A stretch of DNA of 64,000 nt from contig MHSS01000008.1 of assembly GCA_001822835.1 (NCBI GenBank), positions 9,039 through 73,038 on the forward strand, written 5' to 3'. This DNA is from Candidatus Terrybacteria bacterium RIFCSPHIGHO2_01_FULL_48_17. GTDB lineage: Bacteria; Patescibacteriota; Minisyncoccia; Terrybacterales; 2-01-FULL-58-14. A program made the translations under genes and the position numbers. Shown here one piece after another: positions 28,260-35,736 of this stretch (position 1 is its first letter; every line of letters starts with the position of its first letter). Under the pieces are notes generated by a model that saw nothing but the letters and a program-made list of their open reading frames with translations, made no database searches and was not told the origin of the DNA.

Positions 28260-29209
28260 TTGTCTTCTTCGTTTCTTTTGAAAACAACCTTCACCAATGG
28301 TTCTTCAAGGAGGTATCGAAATACCCCGCTTATCAACATAACAAGAAGAGTAATCGCATAAAAAGCGAAAAGTGCTGAAGGAATACGGACCAACATATTT
28401 GTTCCTGCAAAGACAACAAGCAGTGCCGCAAAGAACAAATAAACGCCGAAAGCAACTATGTGTCCCGGCCTTTTTTGCCGTACATTGGGACACAAGATAC
28501 TCAACATCACATTATGGCTGGCGTAACTGGCGAGAATAATGAGATACGACCAAGAAAGGTCTTCAGGGAATACGGCGCGCCCTCGCGCATCCTGCACCAA
28601 AACAGCCATAATGGTGATTGTGGAAACAACACACAAAAAGAGAAGCACGTTGTTGTGTGCGACACGAGGACGGTACGGCACGCTCACCAATTTTGCAATT
28701 GACGATGCCGCGAGAATCCCCACCGTAACATCGAGTACCACAAACATTTCTTTGGGATTAAGCTTAAATGTAATATCGTCCCACCCAAAGGGTAGAGGGG
28801 CTGTTATACGATAAGCGACAAGCGCGGGAATCAAAAGAGTAAGAGTTGCGACAGCCGCTCCGACATATTCTCCCAATCGCCAAATGCCAGCTTTTTGATA
28901 TCCGTCGTTGGTCTTGCTTTCTGCTTCAATGCGCACGCGGTGACGATGGAAAACGCTTTGCCATGTGCTATACACAATATCGCTTAAAACATATGCCGCG
29001 GCACAGGTAGGAAGCACAAAGACCGCAACAAATGCATTGCCGGTTGACGCAACCGTAATAAAATATGCGACAAGAACCGAAAGAACAATCATTCCCAAAA
29101 ATGCGACAGAGCCCACATCATTAGCCTGTGCTCTTGGGTGAATACCAAGAAACGCACGAAATCCCTGAAGACAGGAAGAAACAGACCGAGAGAACATTGA
29201 TCTCACCAC
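28244..29209 (-). CDS. Hypothetical polytopic membrane protein
   Basis: 321-aa ORF with about 8 hydrophobic segments; GAGG before GTG start. Confidence 0.65.
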   Translation of the reverse strand: MVRSMFSRSVSSCLQGFRAFLGIHPRAQANDVGSVAFLGMIVLSVLVAYFITVASTGNAFVAVFVLPTCAAAYVLSDIVYSTWQSVFHRHRVRIEAESKTNDGYQKAGIWRLGEYVGAAVATLTLLIPALVAYRITAPLPFGWDDITFKLNPKEMFVVLDVTVGILAASSIAKLVSVPYRPRVAHNNVLLFLCVVSTITIMAVLVQDARGRAVFPEDLSWSYLIILASYASHNVMLSILCPNVRQKRPGHIVAFGVYLFFAALLVVFAGTNMLVRIPSALFAFYAITLLVMLISGVFRYLLEEPLVKVVFKRNEEDKNSAC

Positions 29210-29309
29210 CTCTTCTTTTGTTAAGGTTTTTTAATTATACCATGCCTTTCTACTTCACGCAAGAGCCATGTCTTGCATATTCATAGCGTTACGTTATAGT
29301 ATTTATGGT

Positions 29310-30017
29310 ATGACTAAGGACATAGACAACATCGTACAAGAGCTTGTAAAAGCAGGGGCGCATATCGGGCATCGACCGTCATTTAGGCATCCTCGCATGA
29401 AACCCTTTATTTTTGGTGTGCGCGGCGCAGTTGAGCTTATCGATGTTCGAAAAACAGCAGAAGCGCTCCAAAAGGCAAAAGAGTTTGTTGAAGAGCTTGC
29501 GGCAAATCATAAGATTATTTTATTTGTGGGAACAAAACCCCAAATGCAAGAATTGACTAAAAATATTGCACGTGCCTGTGATATGCCTTATGTGATCAGA
29601 CGATGGCTGGGAGGAACTATTACTAATTTTGCGGTTGTCGCCAAACGCTTAGAAGCATTTCGGGGTTTGGAAAAATCGATAGCGAATCAGCAAGAGATGG
29701 AAAAATATACCAAAGCAGAACAGCTACGACTTCGCAGAAAATACGAACATCTGGAAGAAGAAATTGGTGGATTGAAAGAATTGCGAAAGCCACCAGATGC
29801 GCTTATCCTTGCTTCTCTTCATTCAGAGGCATTACCTGCAAAAGAAGCGCGTATGAGAAATATTCCCACAATCGCCATTGTAGATTCAAATACCGATCCA
29901 TCGCTTGTTGATTATCCTATTCCGGGAAACGATGACGCGCTTTCCGCACTTAACTATATATTCTCCCGATTGGCAGAAGGAATTACGGAAGGCCAAAAGA
30001 AACAAAAAACAAAATAA
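29310..30017 (+). CDS. rpsB: 30S ribosomal protein S2
   Basis: AGAHIGH, ILFVGTK, RWLGGTITNF, DYPIPGNDDA. Confidence 0.95.
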   Translation: MTKDIDNIVQELVKAGAHIGHRPSFRHPRMKPFIFGVRGAVELIDVRKTAEALQKAKEFVEELAANHKIILFVGTKPQMQELTKNIARACDMPYVIRRWLGGTITNFAVVAKRLEAFRGLEKSIANQQEMEKYTKAEQLRLRRKYEHLEEEIGGLKELRKPPDALILASLHSEALPAKEARMRNIPTIAIVDSNTDPSLVDYPIPGNDDALSALNYIFSRLAEGITEGQKKQKTK

Positions 30018-30039
30018 TAATTACTTGTTCCTTATTTTT

Positions 30040-30627
30040 ATGAATATTGCCTTGGTTAAAGAATTACGGGCGCGTACCCAAGCATCACTAAGCGATTGTC
30101 AAAGGACACTGCAAGAAGCAGGGGGTGACCTTGAAAAAGCGATAAAATTACTTCGAACCCGTGGGAAGACGATTGCTGCACAAAAAATGGGAAGAACCGC
30201 ATCTTCCGGAATTATTGAAGCATACATACATGGCACAGGCGCCTTGGGGGTGCTTGTAGAACTGCGTACGGAAACTGACTTCGTGGCTCGTTCAGAACAA
30301 TTTAAAGCGCTGGCCCACGATCTTGCGTTACATATTGCAGCAGCAGCGCCGCACTATATGCACCGCGAAGATATCCCGCGAGAAATTATTGATGAAGAAA
30401 AGAAAATAATCGCACAAGAATTTGAAAAGTCGGGAAAATCTTCACAGGTTATTGAAAAAATAGCTGAAGGAAAAATAGCAGCGCTTGCCAAAGAAATTGT
30501 GCTTATGGAACAAGAGTTCGTAAAAAATCCCGACCAAACAGTGTCAGAAGTTATTGCTGAAGCTGTTGGTAAATTTGGAGAAAAAATCGAGATAGGGCGC
30601 TTCGCACGAATAGCAGTAGGGGAGTAA
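30040..30627 (+). CDS. tsf: Elongation factor Ts (short form)
   Basis: VKELRART, ELRTETDFVAR, follows rpsB. Confidence 0.93.
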   Translation: MNIALVKELRARTQASLSDCQRTLQEAGGDLEKAIKLLRTRGKTIAAQKMGRTASSGIIEAYIHGTGALGVLVELRTETDFVARSEQFKALAHDLALHIAAAAPHYMHREDIPREIIDEEKKIIAQEFEKSGKSSQVIEKIAEGKIAALAKEIVLMEQEFVKNPDQTVSEVIAEAVGKFGEKIEIGRFARIAVGE

Positions 30628-30628
30628 T

Positions 30629-31165
30629 ATGTTTGTGATTCTTTTTGGGATATTTTGCCTCCTTTTTGGAATCTCCTTGGTTTTGGTCGTGCTTATTAGA
30701 AAATTGCCTGTTCTGGGAGAATTTAGCGCACCTTCTCCAAAGGTCAAGCTTACGATACCCAAAATAATACCATTAAAAATAGATTTCCGAGCAGCACAAC
30801 GTCGATCATTCGGGGCCCTTGAAATTGCCATGCAGGGTTTGCGAACTGCGCTCTTTGCGTTCTTGCGTATAAGTGACCGTCTTCTGCGTCTCGCGCAAAA
30901 AAAAGCGGGAAAGAAGAATGTGGAAATGCTCCCACAATTTCTGTTTCGCACGAAAAGAAGAAAAGCATATCTTGAAGAAGAAAAAAAGTTACTTGAATGG
31001 ATTGAAAATCACCACGACGATGTTGCGGCATACAAACGCCTAGGGAATCTTTATAGTGTTGCCGGAAATATTGATGAGGCACGGACTGCATTTCAACAGG
31101 CCCTCAAGCTTGCGCCCGACGATGACGAAATAAAACGCCGATTGGATGAGCTTGCAAGTTTATAG
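30629..31165 (+). CDS. Membrane-anchored TPR protein
   Basis: N-terminal TM; AYKRLGNLY...G..DEA..AFQQALKLAP TPR. Confidence 0.75.
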   Translation: MFVILFGIFCLLFGISLVLVVLIRKLPVLGEFSAPSPKVKLTIPKIIPLKIDFRAAQRRSFGALEIAMQGLRTALFAFLRISDRLLRLAQKKAGKKNVEMLPQFLFRTKRRKAYLEEEKKLLEWIENHHDDVAAYKRLGNLYSVAGNIDEARTAFQQALKLAPDDDEIKRRLDELASL

Positions 31166-31196
31166 CTCATTATAGGCGCCAGGATAGCTCAGCGGC

Positions 31197-31223
31197 CCAG
31201 CACTAGAACAAGTTCGGTGCTGG
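31197..31223. repeat. REP-like hairpin in D-loop insertion
   Basis: CCAGCAC-tagaacaagttcg-GTGCTGG; 22/27 identical to the reverse complement of 31442-31468. Confidence 0.8.
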
Positions 31224-31263
31224 ATAAATGCCGCAGCGGTTTTGTCTGTCCGCCCTCGCCCAA

Positions 31264-31335
31264 GCCTGAGTAGCTCAATGGTAGAGCAACGCTTTTGTAA
31301 AGCGTAGATTGTCGGTTCGAGTCCGACCTCAGGCT
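31264..31335 (+). tRNA. tRNA-Thr(UGU), intact, nested in the anticodon loop of the outer tRNA
   Basis: GCCTGAG/CTCAGGC acceptor, GCTC/GAGC D-stem, ACGCT-TTTGTAA-AGCGT, GTCGG-TTCGAGT-CCGAC, U73. Confidence 0.95.
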
Positions 31336-31441
31336 CTCAGGCTCAGGCGTAGGTAGGCGGGTAAACCGCAGGTCGTGGGTTTTCCCGATTTGGCCCGCGA
31401 GCGCGAATCGTTATGAAGCGTGAGCGGCTGCCAGTCGCAAT

Positions 31442-31468
31442 CCCGTACCGAACTTGTTCTGGTACGGG
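31442..31468. repeat. REP-like hairpin in T-loop insertion
   Basis: CCCGTACC-gaacttgttct-GGTACGGG. Confidence 0.8.
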
Positions 31469-31490
31469 ACGAATCCCGCTCCTGGCTTTT

Positions 31491-31574
31491 GCTGGGGTAC
31501 CGAAGCGGCCAAACGGGTGTGGCTGTAAACCACATGGCTTTATGCCTTCGGGGGTTCGAATCCCTCCCCCAGCA
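31491..31574 (+). tRNA. tRNA-Tyr(GUA)
   Basis: GCTGGGG/CCCCAGC acceptor, TGTGG-CTGTAAA-CCACA, long variable arm, GGTTCGAATCC, A73. Confidence 0.95.
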
Positions 31575-31674
31575 CAATCGCTCGTTCTGCGTCGCAAGTT
31601 TTTACGCCTTTATAGATAATTTTATTTCTGATCCCACTGCCAATCCGATGAAAACTTGCGTCACGAACTCGTTG
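31575..31674. repeat. Imperfect inverted repeat directly after tRNA-Tyr
   Basis: CGCAAGTTTT (31593) / AAAACTTGCG (31651), extended by gttc/gaac and caa.cg/cgttg. Confidence 0.55.
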
Positions 31675-31764
31675 AAAAATATAACGCAACGACCACGATT
31701 AATACCTTGACTCCTGTTATACTAAGTGATACAAAAAATAATAGTACGAGGAAAGGAGAAAAAT

Positions 31765-31983
31765 GTGGATACCGAAGCAAAGCTGACTTTCGGAGAGCTT
31801 AAAGTAGGCGATAGATTCATCGCATTCCCGCTTCCGGGGGATAACAAAGGCCATGGCGGATACAAAGGAATCCATTACATTTGCCAGAAAAAACAAAAAC
31901 TGATATTGTTAAATTACGTTACGCTGTGTTCTGGCGTTGAAGGTCATATGCCAGAGAACGCACCGGTAATAAAAGTCAGATAA
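31765..31983 (+). CDS. Small hypothetical protein
   Basis: AGGAG RBS before GTG; LTFGELKVGDRF... ; followed by terminator. Confidence 0.6.
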   Translation: MDTEAKLTFGELKVGDRFIAFPLPGDNKGHGGYKGIHYICQKKQKLILLNYVTLCSGVEGHMPENAPVIKVR

Positions 31984-32004
31984 CCGCCCAAAAAAGCGGT
32001 TTTT
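31982..32004 (+). terminator. Intrinsic terminator
   Basis: AACCGC-ccaaaaaa-GCGGTT then TTTT. Confidence 0.55.
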
Positions 32005-32052
32005 CTTTACGGTTATTGCAAAATAACCAATTCCGTCTATGCTAAAATAAGA

Positions 32053-33477
32053 ATGAAAAGAGAAGATTTTAAGGGCAAAAAAGTGCTGGTAATGGGTTTA
32101 GGGACACACGGCGGGGGAGCAGGAACCGCACGTTTTTTAAGCGATAGTGGGGCAAAGGTCACTGTAACTGATCTTAAATCCGAAAAAGACCTCGGGGAAC
32201 CGCTCAATGAACTTCGCGGATTATCTATCCATTATGTGTTGAATGGACATCATGAAGATGATTTTAAAAACACCGATCTTATTATAAGAAACCCCGGTGT
32301 TCCCGTGCATTCGCCGTATCTTGCAATTGCCCAAAAACAATCGGTACCTATTGAAACGGATGGTTCCTTATTCTTAAAACTTTGCCCTTCGTTCACTATT
32401 GGTATTACGGGCACCAAAGGAAAGTCAACCACTACTGCCCTTACTACGGCGATGTTACGAAAAGGAGGAGTTGATGCAAAAGCATGTGGCCTTCCTGGAA
32501 CCTCATTATTAGAAGCACTAGAAGACCTTAAAGGAAAAAGCGTTGCGGTTGCAGAGCTTTCTTCATGGCAGCTTGAAGGTATTACGCATGAAGGAAAGGG
32601 GCCTCGCGTGGCAGTAATTACCAACGTATTTGCAGATCATCTCAAAGATTATCCTTCGTTTGAGGCATATCGCGAAGCAAAATCTCGCATTCTGTTATAT
32701 CAAAACAGAAAAGATGTTGCTGTATTGAACCTTGATGATCCGAATACGCCCGTACTCTTAAAAAAAATAAGGGGCGAATGTTCATTCTTTTCTGGTATAT
32801 CGTGTGAAAAAATGACTGGACAGAAAGGCATATGCATTAGTCATGATAATATTTTCTTCGAAGACGGAGGTCAGGAACATATGTTTTCTTTTATACAATC
32901 AGAATTATCTCTTCGTGGACCGCACAACATTTCAAATATTGCCGCAGCGCTTTGTGCTATTTTTTCTGCAACACGACATTCGCAGTGGGAGAACGTCCCT
33001 TTCGATCCATCTGCTTATCAAAGAGCAATAAAAGTTTTTCCTGGATTGGAAGGAAGATTAGAATTTATTGGAATGAAAGAAGGCGTTACCTATATCAACG
33101 ATACTGCTGCCACAAATCCTGGAGCTGTTGAAGCAGCATTAAAATCTATACCACAAGACACAAAAATTATATTGATCTGCGGAGGGCAAGATAAAGGATT
33201 AGAATATCACAAACTCGCAGAACGTATAATGCAGCGGGTAAAATATGTGATTTTCCTTGGAGGCACGGCCACAGAAAAGTTGTACGCGGCTTTGCAAAAA
33301 TTAAATTTTATTCGTACATCCCAGGTTTTTTCTGATATGCAGTCGGCCGTTCAAGCAGCGAAACAACTTGCTGAAAGGGGAGACATTATATTGCTCTCTC
33401 CAGGCGCTGCTTCCTTTAATCTTTTTGCAGATGAATTCGCTCGGGGTAGAGCTTTTAAAAATGCCGTCGGCTTATGA
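32053..33477 (+). CDS. murD: UDP-MurNAc-L-Ala:D-Glu ligase
   Basis: GITGTKGKSTT, ELSSWQL, NDTAATNP, GGQDKG, LLSPGAASF. Confidence 0.93.
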   Translation: MKREDFKGKKVLVMGLGTHGGGAGTARFLSDSGAKVTVTDLKSEKDLGEPLNELRGLSIHYVLNGHHEDDFKNTDLIIRNPGVPVHSPYLAIAQKQSVPIETDGSLFLKLCPSFTIGITGTKGKSTTTALTTAMLRKGGVDAKACGLPGTSLLEALEDLKGKSVAVAELSSWQLEGITHEGKGPRVAVITNVFADHLKDYPSFEAYREAKSRILLYQNRKDVAVLNLDDPNTPVLLKKIRGECSFFSGISCEKMTGQKGICISHDNIFFEDGGQEHMFSFIQSELSLRGPHNISNIAAALCAIFSATRHSQWENVPFDPSAYQRAIKVFPGLEGRLEFIGMKEGVTYINDTAATNPGAVEAALKSIPQDTKIILICGGQDKGLEYHKLAERIMQRVKYVIFLGGTATEKLYAALQKLNFIRTSQVFSDMQSAVQAAKQLAERGDIILLSPGAASFNLFADEFARGRAFKNAVGL

Positions 33478-34610
33478 CCCGCAAAACACAAAAAATCCCT
33501 GCCGATCCAGATAAACCACTTCTGGTTACTATTCTTATTTTAACCATCTTCGGCTTAGTGATATTGGCAAGCGCTTCTTCTGCAATTTCACAAGTTGAAC
33601 ATGGTAATCCTTATTATTTTGTAAGCCGACAAATTGCACTGGGTATCGGCGGAGGTATTCTTTTGGGCGGTCTTTTGTTCATCCTGCCGCATCAACTCTT
33701 AAAAACCCTTGCAATACCAGGTCTTATGGGGGCACTTGCCGCAATGCTTGCGGTATTCATTCCAGGAATTGGCCTTGGATCGGGAGGAGCGCATCGCTGG
33801 ATCGGTCTTGGTCCAATTACGGTTCAACCGGCAGAAATTCTTAAAATTGCCGTGGTCATATATCTTGCGGCGTGGTTTACCCAGAGGAAAGATTCCACCA
33901 TCTCTTTCCGTGAAGGATATCTTCCTTTTCTTGGTATCGTAGGGCTAGTTGGGTTTTTTTTGATATTGCAACCGGATATCTCAAGTTTAGGTGTAATCGC
34001 TTTTACGGCCCTTGCGATGTATTTTGCCGCTGGTGCACGTATCCATTATGTCGCCACAACGGTAATGATGGGAATGGGAGCACTGCTTCTGCTCATACGT
34101 ATTGCGCCATATCGCGTAAACCGCATTCTTGCGTTCCTTAATCCAGGTAGTGACCCATTGGGCATCGGTTGGCAGGTAAACCAGGCAATGCTTGCTATTG
34201 GTTCGGGGGGATTATTTGGAAGGGGATTGGGATTCTCGCGCGAGAAACTTTTTTGGTTACCAGAAGCATTTGGGGATACAATCTTTGCGGTGCTTTCTGA
34301 AGAACTTGGTTTTATTGGAGGTATAACAGTTATAGGCCTTTTTATTTTTCTTGGATGGCGAGGACTGCGAATCGCACGTTCGTTAAAGGATCCCTTCTTA
34401 AGTAATCTTGCTTTTGGGCTCACGTTCCTTATACTTATTCAGGCATTTTTAAATATTAGTGGAGTTGTTGCCTTATTGCCGCTTATGGGTATTACGCTTC
34501 CGTTTTTCAGTTACGGATCCTCTTCCCTGGCGATAACCATTGGAGCTGCGATGCTGCTTCTTTCGCTTTCTCGCGCAACGCACAAAAATTTAATTCCTAC
34601 GCAAAAATAG
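33474..34610 (+). CDS. ftsW: FtsW/RodA SEDS peptidoglycan polymerase
   Basis: GAHRWI, QPAEILK, LQPD, IGSGGLFG, GITLPFFSYG. Confidence 0.92.
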   Translation: MTRKTQKIPADPDKPLLVTILILTIFGLVILASASSAISQVEHGNPYYFVSRQIALGIGGGILLGGLLFILPHQLLKTLAIPGLMGALAAMLAVFIPGIGLGSGGAHRWIGLGPITVQPAEILKIAVVIYLAAWFTQRKDSTISFREGYLPFLGIVGLVGFFLILQPDISSLGVIAFTALAMYFAAGARIHYVATTVMMGMGALLLLIRIAPYRVNRILAFLNPGSDPLGIGWQVNQAMLAIGSGGLFGRGLGFSREKLFWLPEAFGDTIFAVLSEELGFIGGITVIGLFIFLGWRGLRIARSLKDPFLSNLAFGLTFLILIQAFLNISGVVALLPLMGITLPFFSYGSSSLAITIGAAMLLLSLSRATHKNLIPTQK

Positions 34611-34623
34611 TAGGATTTATTGT

Positions 34624-35736
34624 ATGCGTATTCTCTTTACGGGGGGGGGGACTGGAGGTCACATCTTTCCCATTCTCGCTATTTTCCGTTCGCTTAAAAA
34701 TCGATTGCCTAAAGAAACTGAATACTATTTTGTTGGACCAAAAACAGATGGTTTAGAAACGCTTACGCAAGAAGGAATTCGCGTATATGCCATCATCGCT
34801 GGAAAGTTGCCAAGGTATATTACAGCTCGAATTGTTGTAGAACTTATAAAAATCCCCACAGGTATGGTTTTGGCAATTATAGCATTATGGCGTACCATGC
34901 CCGACATTGTTTTTGGCAAGGGTGGTTATGGAACTGTACCAATAGTACTTGCTGCCCGCTTATTTGGTATTCCGGTCATAATCCATGAATCGGATGCTAT
35001 CCCAGGGGTCGCAACAAGAATCGCTGCGCGTTTTGCGAGTGCGATTGCGATTTCGTTTACAGATACCCTTGCGTGGTTTCCGAAAGCCCGCATTACCGGC
35101 AATCCAGTTCGCGTTACGATCAAGCAAGGATCCCGTCCCCAAGCTCAAGCCCGATGGCACATAGCGCTTGGTGAAGTTATTTTGGTTCTTGGGGGAAGTC
35201 AAGGTGCCTGGCAATTAAATCAGACGATATTGGAGGCAGCGCCAACGTTGCTAGAAAAAACAGAAATCATCCTTCAATGCGGCGCAAAAACACATCATAC
35301 TACCCTTGAGCTTGCACGACGCATCTTGCAGAAAACGCCGCACCTTGCCACCTTACTTCATATCGACAAATTTCTTGACGAAAAAGAACTTGCAGATGCA
35401 TATGCTATTTCTTCATTGGTTGTCTCTCGCGCAGGATCGGGTACATTATACGAAAATGCGCTTGCGGCAAAACCAATGCTCCTTATACCCCTTGAAAGTG
35501 CAGCAGCGAATCACCAAAAGGTCAATGCAGCTATTTTTGCAAAAGCAGGAGGGGCGGAAATCATAACGCAAGAGAATCTTGCACCTCATCTTTTTTCAAA
35601 AAAAATCCTTACGTTATTGCAAAACAGACCAAAACTTCACCAAATGTCCCAAATTGTACAACATCTTGCCCTCCCAAATGCTGCTGATGACGTGGCTTCT
35701 ATGATCATTGAAAACATTCCGAAAGCACTATCATGA
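34624..35736 (+). CDS. murG: Undecaprenyl-PP-MurNAc-pentapeptide GlcNAc transferase
   Basis: GGGTGGHIFP, KGGY, HESDA.PG, TGNPVR, GGSQGA, SRAGSG. Confidence 0.95.
   Translation: MRILFTGGGTGGHIFPILAIFRSLKNRLPKETEYYFVGPKTDGLETLTQEGIRVYAIIAGKLPRYITARIVVELIKIPTGMVLAIIALWRTMPDIVFGKGGYGTVPIVLAARLFGIPVIIHESDAIPGVATRIAARFASAIAISFTDTLAWFPKARITGNPVRVTIKQGSRPQAQARWHIALGEVILVLGGSQGAWQLNQTILEAAPTLLEKTEIILQCGAKTHHTTLELARRILQKTPHLATLLHIDKFLDEKELADAYAISSLVVSRAGSGTLYENALAAKPMLLIPLESAAANHQKVNAAIFAKAGGAEIITQENLAPHLFSKKILTLLQNRPKLHQMSQIVQHLALPNAADDVASMIIENIPKALS

Larger units (their letters stand above)
31178..31487 (+). tRNA. Interrupted (outer) tRNA-Thr(UGU) gene or pseudogene with three insertions
   Basis: Pieces 31178-31195, 31233-31245, 31363-31381 and 31470-31487 give acceptor GCCAGGA/TCCTGGC, anticodon arm GCGGT-TTTGTAA-ACCGC and T-arm GTGGG-TTCGAAT-CCCGC; D-stem 3' strand incomplete. 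Confidence 0.8.

Noticed and set aside
31244-31360. Group I intron in the outer tRNA-Thr anticodon (one register gives exon-U and terminal G)
   Set aside because: The insert is only 117 nt, 72 of which are the inner tRNA. There is no room for, or sign of, a P3-P7 catalytic core. No convincing bulge-helix-bulge motif was found at any of the three junctions either.
31329-31710. Four short ORFs in the ORF track over the tRNA cluster
   Set aside because: They overlap tRNA-Tyr and palindromic repeats and are incidental frames.
34641-34650. G10 homopolymer in murG as a phase-variation tract
   Set aside because: It encodes the conserved TGGGTGG motif of an essential gene and the frame is intact.
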